Part shown: positions 25,255 through 38,556 of the stretch, in pieces
How the letters are laid out: each line of letters begins with the position of its first letter
How positions within the stretch are numbered: position 1 is the stretch's first letter
From: Gordius albopunctatus
Taxonomy: Eukaryota
Reading direction: 5' to 3'
Assembly (NCBI GenBank): GCA_964276515.1
Contig: OZ193909.1
Coordinates: forward strand, 13,640,001 to 13,704,000
DNA: 64,000 nt
Notes under the pieces: generated by a model
Seen by the model: the letters and a program-made list of their open reading frames with translations, nothing else
The model's database searches: none
What the model was told of the DNA's origin: nothing
Translations under genes and position numbers: made by a program

Positions 25255-28200
25255 GTGAGATTTAAGAAGTTTTAACTTCCCTCCCCTCGTGTGCTACACT
25301 TTATATAAAGCCCCGATCCATCCTGGCTACCTTGCTCGGAAAGTCGATGTCATATAACATAATGACCTAGGAGTTGTTGTTTGTTATCGGAAAACAAACT
25401 CTGCCCCTCGCCCCCCCCCCTCGAAGTTTATTATTATTCAATTCAGTGGTCGCCGTGTAAAAAGTTACAAATTTTTTGAATCCATATTCATTTTACTCGA
25501 AGGCGATTGCGTCCAATATTTCCCCATTATTTAAGGAGAGACCAAAAAATGACCTAGGCCATTTCCCCCTTTCTTATACCTCAAAATGAAAACTGGTGAC
25601 GTCCCATCTTCTTCGAAACATCATCTTCACCGCCTTCACGCTGCACCACCACCTTAGAAAACGTGCAAAACAAAGAGGGTAAGAGATGAATGACAAAAAA
25701 CATGTTAATGACCTTTTCTCCAAAATTAAATATTTTCAATATATTACCTCTTTTAAAAAACATAAAAATCCCCCCGGGCTCCACGTAAAGATATTTTCAC
25801 CAAATATTTGATATGTAAAGTAAATTTTGGGGGAAAGAACTGGTGATAAGTTGTAATTAAAATGCGGGAGGCCCTTGAGACAAAGCCGTCGTTTCTTTCT
25901 TTAGTATTAACAACTACAAAGCATAAGTAATTAAATCTTTATAATTAATGGGTCCAAATATTTTTACCTTAAATTACGTTTTTTAAACATTATATGTGAT
26001 TTTTGGTACCCAATATGTACAATTTATCTTATGATCGATCACGAGGGGTATGTTTTCTGAATTCCTATTTCCTAATAATGTACGATTATTTTTTTCTATT
26101 TTTATATTATCCTTTAATTAATAATCAATTTTTAATAATTTTGTGCGTTTAGAGTGCACATATGACTCATTCTGAATGCACCTTAATTGAAAATATAGCT
26201 TTATTTAATTTTGAAAGGATTAAAATTATCTAAATATAGGTATATCGTATATATTTTTGTTTTTTGAATGAAATCATAGAAACTTCATTTAAAGATATCT
26301 AGAACCCCAATTTTCCGATAAGTTTTATATTATCGAAACTATTGCTCAAATATATGGCTAAGGCGAAAAACATAATTCTTTAGAACGATTTTGTGTGAAG
26401 GGCAGGAAACTTTTTTGAGATATTATAAAAGGCATTATATGCTAATTTTTTTTATTCAAAGGCCGTTCAGAATATGAAAACTACATAATTTTTTAATGAA
26501 CCAAATAAATATTATAATTTTTATTTGTTTGATTGTGAAATTACGTTTAAAACAATTTAATTTAATTTAAGCACTTTAAATCCATTTGTGTAAAAATGTT
26601 TCAATATATTTAACATATATATAAGTATTTAGAAAATTTTAGGCATTTTGCCCAGCCGGTTATTAATTAAGGAACCATTAAATTAATTTAGACCGGGGGT
26701 TTTAAATGTTTATCAGAACTAAAATTAAAAGCAGCGAAATAGATAAATATTTAATTGTTTTTATATAACCAAACTCCTGTAAATATCTAATTTGCCCGCA
26801 AAAGTATTATGGGAGTTTACCAGTGCCCAATGTAAGAATGAGATTTTATATAAAAAATGGTGAGGATACTTGTGTTTAGAGTATTTTAAAATTGTAAGCA
26901 GAATTGGTCCATATCTAATAAATATTGGACTAATATTTATTAATTTATAAAAAAATGAATTTTTTAACCAGCTATGATATTACGTTTGTATAAATTTTTC
27001 AAATGATTAGTTTGATAAATTTTCTAGTGATAAAAACAATAAAGCAAAAGCAAAACCAATATTTTGAGAAGTTCTTATATGATTCTGTCAGCACTAACCC
27101 ATGGGACCTTTAATTATGTATATATTAAGCTAATATGAGCTAATTTAAATTGATCAAGGGCATATATAATTTATTTAACTTCAATAATTTAATGGGCGAT
27201 ATTAAGAAGTTTTAATGATTATTTTTTTATCACAAATTTTTTACAAATTTATCGGCTAGTTTTAAATTTACATGGCTAAAATCCTATAATTCATAATTCC
27301 CCAATTGCAATGCCAGACCTTTTTATATTTTAAAAAAGTAAACATACTCAAATTTAAACTCGAATCGCTCAAGTACCTATTAAAACTAAAATGAAATGGT
27401 ATTCATAAATTCAATAATTCAGCCCTAACAAAATAATTTAGCTTTAGACTTTAACCTTGTTTAGTTAACTTTTCAGGGTTACTCAGCGCAGCAAAATCCT
27501 TGAAAGGATCAACCAAAAACGGAATAATGTCAAAATATATCAGGAAATTAAAGGTAGCCGCTTAAGAACTCACATTTCGCCCCTATAAAAGTGAATATAT
27601 TGATTTTTGCTTTGGGAAATTGCCTTACATTTTGACCACAATCCTGTTATCAAAACCTAGATCTACTTCGGGGGGGGGGACGAGTGCCGCTTACTATAAA
27701 AGTTTTATATGGGTCACTCGATGACAAAATAAAAAATACCTGTTAAATTCAAGGTCATCACGCCTTATTTTGTCCTTTATACAAAAGCCTTTTTGGAATA
27801 CAAAATTAATTATATATTAATGCAAAAAGACTCTCACATTTTTGTTTTAACGAAACAGCCATTCCGACGTTTTGTCGTATATATTTATGCAAAAATTAAT
27901 ACGTAATTAGGCCCTAACTTTTAAAGCGGTGAATTAATTCGTTTTAATTTAATAGCCACAAATGAGTTTTAATAAAGTTCTCAAAACCTTAGGTTTTGAT
28001 TTAATTATTATCAAACGCTACTTGTTGCTTTTAATTCAATCTATGAACCTATTGTGAGACATAAAAGTAAGCTGTTAGTAAAGGTAGGTAAATACCATTT
28101 ACATTTGGAGTTTAATCTAAAGATCCCATAAAAAGTTTGGCCTATTTCGTAAACTTTTAATCCGTTATTTCGCTTAGTTTTAAAGCGTGCAAGTTAGTCA

Positions 28201-28998
28201 GACCAATACTGTGCCCTGTCGTTAATTTATTGGATAGCAACGACATAGAGGAACGTCGTAGTCTACGTATACCTGTGCAGTTTATCTATTTACTCTTTAA
28301 AATTTTCGTTAAAATCGATAATGGATTCTCTCTCTCACCACCCATTTCGCTCTTCTCTTCACCCCTAGCCCCCCCCTGCAATTAATGGTATATACACCTT
28401 GGTACAATCTCCGATGCCTCTAGTGTCAAATATCTCAGCAACCTGATGATAGATGGGAGAAGGTGGGGGCTGCTGCTAATATAGACAGGTCTCCATACTT
28501 TTTGGGCCCCCTTCCCTTCCATTATTATCCCCGACTAACACATTTAAAGGTCACGCGCGCCGTTACAATAATAAGACTCACACGCGATCTTTTCCATTAC
28601 CCAATCCTGCCGCTCAGCTAAGTTTCGACCGCTAAAAGTAGATTACGCGTCCCACCAACTCTAAATCCTCCGGGGGAGTGGAATTAAATCTAGCAAGGTT
28701 TTATTGATTGGATAATGACCGAAAGATAATACCTTATTAGTAAACTAAACCTTCGTCGTCGAGGTGCTAATTGTAAGTTGCATTAGCTTAATTCCCTTGC
28801 ACCATTGATTTTACGCAGTTAATCGAGATATTGGTTTCAGTTTTTAGCGACTTTAGCTTTTCTCCTCCAATCTAATTGCTGTAACATTTATTAGTTGAAT
28901 CAAGGATACCTAAAACGCACATCTTATAATCGCAAATCAATCGATGAAACGAAATAATGATCAAAAAACGAAATCACACGAACAATTCCTAAAATTAT

Positions 28999-31900
28999 AT
29001 GATGTCCGACAATGAATCACCTTCACCCCTCATTGAAAATGTCACTAACGGCGACGGCAAATTGTCCAGTTGTCAAAGCATGGAATCCCTCGCTACGACC
29101 AATAACAATTCATCCATCGGCGAAGAGGTAAATGAATACAAATATAAAATTTATGATTAGAGAAATCAAGTTCTATATGTCTCATTTAAAATTTACATTA
29201 GAAATAGGTAGGCTAAGCACCGAAAGACTTTGATAAATTACCAATTATTGTTTACAAAAAATTTTATGGCAAGTTTTTCGATAGTTTTTTAATGTGTTAC
29301 CAATTTTAATTTTTTTATAATTAATCACTTACCATTATTGATAATTCAGCATCCTATAAGAGTTTTTATTGGATATTTAAATTGATATTAGTTATGGTCT
29401 AGAATATTTAAATTACCTATCAATATTCGCAAAGTAAAAAAGTTTTACAGACTTTAATGTAAAAAAATATAAAGTAATTGTGAGCTAAATTTATAAAGTT
29501 ACAAAATTAAAAAAACGCGACACAATTTCCTGACTTATAAAACTACTAATTTTAAAATTATCTATTGGGGAAGTACATAAAATAATGATGGGCATAATAA
29601 AATGTTTAAGGTTTAGACTTGTAAAGCTAACGGCTTGATTAAAGGGATCACTTTTAATGCCAAGACAATCAGCCCAATTTAAATTTCACAAATGAAGTCT
29701 TACGATATTTTAATTGATTAAAATTTTATTCGTTTCTGTGTTACAATAAATTCAAATTCAATGTCAGGGTTTCTACCAAACGAGGGGATGGGGGAAGAAA
29801 TTTTCTCCTAAGGTTCCATACTAAATTTTAAAAAAACCGAGTGAATGATGTCATAACGCCAATTTTAATAACAAATTGCACCACCACTCCCCCTAAAAAA
29901 TCCCTGAGTAATATAATATAATGAAAACTTTAGACTAAAGCATTACTCAAATATTATATTCATTTTACAATATCTTTTAATTGCCAAAATTATGTTTAAG
30001 TTTGAACGTAAATTAAATATGATAGCATATTTTTGTTCAAAAATAATGATTAAACAACTATTTTAGTGACATCAATTCTAACAATAAGTAAATTCTGTGT
30101 AAATTAATATATCTCATGTCGAGGAATTTAATTTAAACTAGTCGTTCTATTCTATTTAACAATATGGGGCTATATTAATTTTTTACAGTTTCTCTTTGTA
30201 TAGTCGTGTTGAGCCCAAATCAATCTGTCATCAGTTATCGATTAATAGATTTAAGGTCAAAATGTCTTGTTATACAATGATTATCTGCCATTCTATCACA
30301 ATCTCATTGTATTTTTATCCCCAAAAAATCAAAAACTTTAAATAAAATCCCACTAGCCTTTAGTCAAAATGGAAATTCGGTTGTTTAAGAATAAATAAAT
30401 GAATAAATAAATAAATAATAAATAAATAAATAAATAAAATAAATAAGATACAAATGCATTTATAAATCTATAATATATATAAGATATGTGAATAATGAAT
30501 ATAATAATAATTTCCGTGTTTTAAGTGTTCACATATTAACCAGCGCCTAAAGTGACATACTTGACAGCAATAAAAATATAATAAATTCAAACTTGCCGAT
30601 TGTGATGTAATTGCTTTGACCTCAAAAACACATACATTGACCAGCCTGCTTAATATACTTAAAATTTAACGAAAGTTGGAAGGTTAGGGGCATTTTGATC
30701 TTTTTCCACACTAAATTTCTTAGACTGCGCACGCAGACCGCTCATCATCGATAAAAAAGAAACAATTTTTTCCGCCATTTTGAATTATGAAAAATTAAGG
30801 AAAGGTGATATACGAAAGTCTTTTTGGTCAATTAATTATAAAAAAAATAAATTAAATGAGGTAAATAGACTACTATAAGCTAACTAAAAATGTAAAATTT
30901 ATGGTAAAAACATTATAGCGATTTATCTCTAAATTACTTGATCTTATCCTATGATTTATATGAGTGATAGTATCTACTCTATAATAATTTGATAATAATA
31001 GATCTTCTACCATGGTCGTAGCCAGCATTGGAATAAGAGAAGGGCAATAATGATTTAAGGAGCTGCAAATGATAATTTTTTTGAACTTTTAGCCATAATT
31101 TTAATAAATTCTAAATAATTTTTGGATTTAGAGGGGGGCAGCCGCCCCTTCCTGCCTCCCCCTGGCTACGCCCAAGTCTTCTACACCTTTTATTATGCTT
31201 ACCTTGTAGCTTGTTATTTATTTTATTTGTAAACATTATTGATAGATATATATAGGCATGGGCGTAGCCAGGGGGTGGCAGGAAGGGACGGCTGCCCCCC
31301 CTCTAAATCCAAGAATTCCTAAAAAACATAATTAAGCTTAAATGTAAAAAAAATTCGTTTTGCCCTTCCTAAAGCATTAGTACCCCCCCCCCAGTTGAAA
31401 TTCTGGCTACGCCCATGTACATAAGTGCACAAGCACAGAATGGTGAATACGGATGGCACAATTTACTAATTGCAACATGTAGCATGAGCAGTCTATGAAA
31501 TAAAAAATTACGAACTAATAAAATAAAAAATTTAGTAAATTAATGTAATTAAAATACAAGTCGAAATTAATTTTGGAAATGAGGCTTTATCGCCTTTAGA
31601 GTGAACGTCCCCCCCACCCTGATCGAACTTTTAAACGTTTCGCCCCCTCCCCTAATCCAAAACCTGGTTACGCCCATGCATAAAGGGTTTTCATAAGTGG
31701 CAATTTTTTAACAATTTAAATTACACTCTCGTGAAGCTGACTTTTGATTTAAGAATGCAATATAAAGATATGGCAGTTCTAATTAAACTATGCTACGAAG
31801 GGGGGGGGGGCTATGCAATATTACCCAAAGAGTGAGGGGATTTTAATTAATTTTATTATTAATTGCTATGAAATTTATGGGCTCGTTTTTTGTTGTCCGT

Positions 31901-34900
31901 CGTCCACCAAGTTATTTACACCAGCTTCCCGACTTGCAGGTTGTGGATCGAGACCCGGAGAGGACAAAATTTTCTTATTTTTATTTAAATTAATATTTTG
32001 TTCTTGTTAATGCCATTGATAATATGACTTTTTGACCGTCCGCAGGCTACTGACCAATGAAAAAATGACCATTGGCCAAATAAATCCAAATTTTTCGTTT
32101 TTCGTTTTTGAATTGGGTAACATTGATAATTGATATGGTTCCCTGTTCCTCTCCAAAGGCTTATGCCTCTATTTAATGTGGGTTTGAATCCCGGCGAACG
32201 TTCTAAATTGCAGGTTCGAGACCCGGAGAGGACAAATTTTTTTATTTTTTTTTAAATTAAATTAATATATTGTTCTTGTTAATACCATTGATAATATGAA
32301 TTTTTGACCGTGTTCTGGCTACTGACCATTGAAAAAATGACCATTGGCAAATTGTGTTCGAAATTTTTTTTTCGTTTTTGAATTGGTATATTAGGTTAAC
32401 ATTGCTAATTACCCTATGCCTCTACTGATATGGGTCCCTGTACCCCTACAAAAGCTTATGCCTCTATTAATGTGGGTTCGAATCCCGGAGAGGACAAAAA
32501 ATTTTATTTTATTTTTAAATTAAATTAATATATTGTTCTCGTTAATACCATTGATAATATGACTTTTTGACCCTCCGCAGGCTACTGACAAATTGAAAAA
32601 ATGACCCTTGGCCAAATAAATCGAAATTTTATTTTTTATTTTTTTTAAATTAATATATTGTTCTTGTTAATACCATTGATAATATGACTTTTTGGCCGTC
32701 CGCTGGCTACTGACCAATGAAAAAAAGACCTTTGGCCAAAATATGAATAGAAATTTTTTTGGTTTTTTTTTGACTCGTATGTATTTATAGACCATCTCTT
32801 GGTACTGACCGATAAAAAAATGACCATTGGCCAAATTGTTTTTAAGTAAAGGCCAGTGGTTCTTTTAATATTTTATTTTTATCATAAATATTTTTCACTA
32901 ATAATGATACCATATCTGTTTTTAGATTATGTTTAGTTTCATATACTAAATATATAAATAATTTCCATTATTTTAAAGTCTTTTATTTAAATTTAATTAT
33001 TAAAACACATGTGTCTAGTTAATTTTATACCCCGACCCTCAAAATTTTTTGTAAAATTGTGGGAAACATTTATGTTATTAAACTTAAATTAGAAGAGTTA
33101 GGTATATTAGCTATGTAAATAGTGTTTTAATTGCTATGCAATTTATGGGCTCGTTTTTTGTTGTCCGTCGTCCGTCCGTCGTCCACCAAGTTATTTACAC
33201 CAGCTTCCCGACTTGCAGGTTTGGATTCGAGACCCGGAGAGGACAAAATTTTTTTATTTTTTTTAAATTAAATTAATATTTTGTTCTTGTTAATACCATT
33301 GATAATATGACTTTTTGACCCTCCGCAGGCTACTGATCAATGAAAAAATGACCGCTGGTCCAATAAATCGAAATTTTTAATTTTTCGTTTTTGAATAGTT
33401 TAACATTGATAATTACCCTATGCCCTCCCCTACAAGGGCCTATGCCTCTATTTATATGGTTCCCTGTTCCCCTCCAAAGGCTTATGCCTCTATTTAATGT
33501 GGGTTTGAATCCCGGCGAACGTTCTACATTGATGGTTCGAGACCCGGAGAGGACAAAATTTTTTATTCTTTTTTAAATTAAATTAATATATTGTTCTTGT
33601 TAATACCATTGATAAAATGACTTTTTGACCGTGTTCTGGCTACTGAACATTGAATAAAATGACCATTGTCCAAATTTTGTTCGAAATTTTTTTCTCGTTT
33701 TTTTTGACTCTTATGATTATTCCTGTTAATACCATTGATAATATGACTTTTTGGCGGTCCGCTGGCTGCTTACCAATGGAAAAAATGACCATTGGCCAAA
33801 GTGAGCATCAAAAATTTTTTTCCGTTTTTTTGGCTATCATTGACTTATAGAGTATCTGCTGGGTACTGACCAATGGGAAAAAATGATCATTGGCCAATTT
33901 TCGTTTTTTTAGACTCGTATGTATTTATAGACCGTTGTAATGATCTGAAACGTCGACATTCCCCCCCCCCAGAGATGCATCAAGATTTGAAGGATTTGAA
34001 AGATTACGAAGCATCTACTACAATTGCTTGGGTCACCAAAATGTTTTTAGACAAAAAATTTACGGTTCACCCAAAATTCGTTAAAGATTTAGAGAAGTAT
34101 TATGCTGCAAAAACTGAATCCCTCAATTTCGAAGAGGAAAATGTCGAGACAGCTAGAAATATCATAAATACATGGGTTCTTGACCAAACAGCTTAATTGA
34201 CCGTGTTTTATCTGCACCCCTACCTAATAGTTTAAACAGAATGTTATTACTAAACGTTTTTTGCTTTAACGCCAAATGGGAAGTTCCCTTTAAAAAATCT
34301 TTAACTATTTGGAATGACACCTTTCTCGCTGCTCAAGCAAATATCATAGTCCGAGTACCATCTTATATCAGCTATTTTACCTATTTTTGTTTTAATAGTA
34401 ATTTAATAAATACATATTTCTCAATGTTAGGCACCTTTTAAAATTAAAAAAATAATATTTGTTATCGCTAAATTAATTTTGATAGGTTATTTATTAACCC
34501 TAATTAATGCCCCCCCCCCAAAACATACTCTCGAGAACCCGATTTCCCCAATAGCTACATTGAAATAAAAATAGATCGAAAAAACTCTCGAGTACCCCCT
34601 TCCCCCAATAACTTAATCTTACTTTAATTACTCAACCTTGGAATTTAATGGGTTTTCTGAGGGAAACGGATAAATCGTATAGAGAGGATGACTTTGTACA
34701 TTTTTAAATACTCATTTCTTTATTTCCAGTACAACATCTACAAACTTAATCATTAACTATTAATACAGCGCGCATCATTTTAAATTCACAAAAGGTAATT
34801 ATTAATTTAATTTCAATAAAATAATTTGTAATTTAAACTTATTTAAGATTTCGAATCTTCTAGAAAGATAATCTTTTTACGCTATTTAGATTAAATTCAT

Positions 34901-37900
34901 TTAGCACTTCTAGCTTAAGCTTAGTTTTTACCGTAAATTCACAAATAGCGACTAAATAAATTCTCTATATTTTTTCCCCTTAAATATAAAATCCAAAACA
35001 AATATTACGCCAAAATAAAGTAAATAAAAATTAAAGAAAAGCCTATTAAGTCCGAATACTCTTGAGGTGCCCGCCTGAGCATATACAAGCTGTCGGCAAG
35101 GCTCGGGGTTTTTTATGAGTCAAGGAAGGCAATTGTATTTAACAAACATCTGTTACATAACTAATCCTACCAAATATTTATGTTGAATTCATGTTGAATT
35201 ATTTAATTACATTTACCTTTAAATATTATAAATAATTTCGCTAGCTAAAAAATATGGTTGTTAAAATAAATATATATTGCAGCCATTACATGCTTGAAAG
35301 CATGATTAGGGCTTAATAAATATACAAGTAATATTTGCGCCAAACCAGGCTTCCTTTCTGGGTGCGAGCGATATATACATTTAAACGTTACATTTTATTA
35401 ATATTATATTTTTCATTATAGATTTGAGAAATGATATTAATTCACTATATTAATGCTTAAAAATAACCTCGGGTCGCAAAATTAACATTTAATCCCTTTT
35501 CATTTTGTTATATAATTAAACGTTAAACTTATGAAGAAATAATTCTTTAAGTTTCTCATTATTCCTTCTTCCATAGTGCATATTTATTAAGTCAATTAGA
35601 TCACCATTTTGGGTGAGGTTTTTCAAAAATAAGGGACGAATTTTTTTTACTTATCAACAAAGATAAAGGCTATGAGGCTGCCAAAAAAATTTGTTCCGTT
35701 CGTGAAGCCCAGGTTTAAATTTCTACCCTAGATGTTTTGAACGTTAAACTTTGGCAAGAATCTATGGCAAATCTTGAAGATGTTATTATATTATTAACTA
35801 TTTGAAAAATGACCATTGGCCAAATTTGTGATTCGAAATTTTTTTTTTCGTTTTTTTTTAAATTGGTTACCATTGATATTTACCTTATGCCCGTCAGTCC
35901 AATTATTATTTTGCATTTAATACCGCATATGCTACTTGAGTTCCCCCTTCCCTTCCCCCCTTCCCCTTACCACAAGGGCCGAAGGCCCGAGTTTAATTTT
36001 TAACAAACTATATGAAAACTCTTAACTTTAGCAAATACCCATTATATATTTATCCATAAATGTTGATAAAATAGTTTCAAAATTTGAAATTAATAGGGGA
36101 AGGGCTTTATGCTAACCCAACCCCCCCCCCCCCGTTGGCTACGCCACTGAACAATGCTTTAGCCGTGTCCAGGATATGGATTAAGAGAGGAGACCAATTA
36201 GTTAAACAATTTATTTCGGAAAAACAGTTTGCTTGATTATATATATATTTTTATTTGCTAACTTTCGCGGAAATCCATGCAAAGAAACAAATTACCCGAT
36301 GATACTAATGCGGTCGCTTTACTTGTTTAGATTTTAAATTATATACATTAGTCAGCATTGAAATTAGAGGGGGGCAATAATGATTTGGTGAAGGCAAAAT
36401 GATTATTTTTTGAAAATTTAGCTATAATTTTAATAAATTTTAACAAATTTTTAGATTTAGAGGGGGGCAGCCGCTCCTTCCTGCCCCCCCCGGCTACGCC
36501 CATTTCAATATGTTATAACAAAATCGTTGGGGCAAATTAGCAAGCTCCAAAAACAGCGAAAAACATGCAATATCTGCTAATACCATGCTAATACTCCCAC
36601 ATATTTTTGAGACAAAAGCAATAGCTATTTATTACTCTCTAAATGGCATAAAGTTAGAGGCCAACTAAAAACAGCATACATGCATGATCCTTGCATGGCG
36701 ACTATTAGAGTCTATCGTGGTTTATCAAATTATACTACGACAATGTAAATTAATGTTCAACATAAATGCATTTATTTTTGCTACCATTTGTTATTGATTA
36801 ACACTATTATATTTTTTCATTAGGTGCGAACATTATTTGTCAGTGGATTGCCCATGGACACTAAATCACGGGAACTCTACCTATTATTTCGCGGATATAA
36901 GGTAGTAAATCATCGTACACGTCCAGCATGCATTCTATTTTAATTTTTCCAGCTTTAAAATTTATCACCGCATTACTCTTGCGTAAAAGTTTTTATGCTT
37001 TATATAAATTCGTGCACTTAACTTGTTGCACACGATGATACACACACGCATATAATATTGATGATGGATGGAAATAGTAGGTAATTGTTGTGGCTTCTAA
37101 ATTTTAGCACAACAAATTTTTTGTAACAGTAAACCAAGGTCATCCATGATGTCATAGGCGTAGCCAAGAGGGGGGGGGGGCAAATCCTAAAATTTGGTAA
37201 AATTTATTAAAATTATGGCTAAAATCTCAAAAAGGTTCATTTTGCCCCTCCCTAAATCGTTATTGCTTCCCTCTAATTACAATGCTGGCTACCCTCATGC
37301 ATGATGTATATCTAATGTCGCGTTTTAATTAAATTTGCCGTGAGAGCTATTGATATTAATGTTGATAGAAGGAGCCATTAGCACAATTGCCTAGTTCCAT
37401 GCCATCATCTATGACATTGTATTCTAAACAAAACATATTAATTTCTGGTTATTTATATGTTCAAAACTACTTTGTCCAGTTTTAAAAAAACCTTTAAGCA
37501 CATTAAATAAATATAATTCTTAAGCTACAAATATACACCTAAATTTAATACTTTTGTGTGCTAACAAAATATTAATTTCAACATTTATATTATAGGGCTA
37601 CGAAAATTCTTTATTGAAGGTGACTAGCAAGCTTGGCAAAAATCAATCGGTTAGAAAAACAATTTGTATAATATATAAATTAAATAATCAATGAAAGTTA
37701 ATAAAGGATATAGAACTTTCATTTAATGTTTTTCCTTTAGCCTGTTGGATTTATTACCTTCAACACCCGTGCTGATGCTGAATACGCTAAAAAAGATTTG
37801 CAAGTATAGCTATTATGTAGTATTTACTTATTTTTGACTTCGACAAAAAAGCAACTTCCTTATTACATGTGGAAATTGCGATCAGCAGCACGTTTGTATA

Positions 37901-38556
37901 CATTTTATATGTTTTATTGGTAGGAAATTAAAGTCTTTACATAATTCCCGGAGGTATGATCTCTATTATGGTGATAGATGCTGCTTTTGCTTTTTAAGCA
38001 TAATAGTCGTTGTTTCTTAGACAAGTAGTCCTAACAAGATTAAAACTTTCTGTGGGCAAACCTATCGCTTTAATGCGCACTCGTTTTTTATTGAAATTAG
38101 CACTTATAAGACACGGTAAAAACTATTTTTCTGAACTAATTAATTATAGATGAACCTCGTATAGAATTTTTTCTAAAGGGTCTCCGTTTTGATCCCGACT
38201 TAAGTCAGACCTTGAGACTCGAATTCGCAAAAACCAATACCAAAGTCGCTAAACCCAAAATTCCAATTGTCGTTAACGGATGTCATAATGTCACCGCCGC
38301 AGCCTCGATCCTTAACGGAGCCGGCTTAGTGATAAATGGACCACTGAATGGCCACCATCATTTGTTATCCAATCCCTACTATCACACCCAACAACATCTT
38401 CAATTGGGAAACAACATTCAGCATCCTCACCCTTCTCATCTCCACCAATCTCTAACACCCTTAACCGCCTTCCCTCAAGTTATAAATTGTCAATCGGCAT
38501 TCCTCAGGCCCATTACATTACCTGGTATTTATTTTGCATCCCCACCCCTTGATTAA
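28999..38556 (+). CDS. cpo: Couch potato / RBPMS / MEC-8 family RRM protein (exons 28999-29127, 36824-36901, 37596-37649, 37741-37803, 38179-38524 or to stop at 38556)
   Basis: Spliced translation with GT-AG phase-0 introns: ...[110 protein letters not shown], the diagnostic cpo/RBPMS RRM. The 3' end is uncertain. Confidence 0.95.
30389..30450. repeat. (AAAT)n microsatellite
   Basis: Imperfect AAAT run visible directly. Confidence 0.9.
31011..31176. mobile_element. Small hAT-type MITE
   Basis: CATGGTCGTAGCCAG...CTGGCTACGCCCAAG. Perfect TSD TCTTCTAC. Confidence 0.9.
31257..31417. mobile_element. Small hAT-type MITE
   Basis: Perfect TIR CATGGGCGTAGCCAG. TSD TATATAGG/TACATAAG. Confidence 0.85.
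31862..32845 (+). mobile_element. HINE/DINE-1-like element with an expanded central tandem array
   Basis: Starts TTGCTATG(A)AATTTATGGGC plus GTCC repeats, then about 4-5 units containing GGTTCGAGACCCGGAGAGGACAAA and GGCTACTGACCAATG. Same family as 10365-11078. Confidence 0.7.
33129..33932 (+). mobile_element. Second HINE/DINE-1-like copy with tandem array
   Basis: TTGCTATGCAATTTATGGGC, GTCC repeats, and repeat units near-identical to 31862-32845. Confidence 0.7.
33935..34360 (+). pseudogene. Intronless serpin gene fragment
   Basis: [32 protein letters not shown]...[13 protein letters not shown] then, after a frameshift, [17 protein letters not shown]. These match the serpin hE-hF and s3A motifs. 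No reactive centre loop seen. Confidence 0.85.
35805..35994 (+). mobile_element. 3' end of the HINE-like family
   Basis: Matches the reverse complement of 10365-10640, including the pyrimidine tract and the GGGCCGAAGGCCC hairpin at 35976-35988. Confidence 0.7.
37153..37299. mobile_element. Small hAT-type MITE in a cpo intron
   Basis: CATAGGCGTAGCCA...TGGCTACCCTCATG. Perfect TSD CATGATGT. Confidence 0.9.

Noticed and set aside
31862..33932. tRNA genes or a CRISPR array
   Set aside because: Only T-arm/B-box-like motifs are present and I could not fold a cloverleaf. The sequence between motifs is itself repeated.
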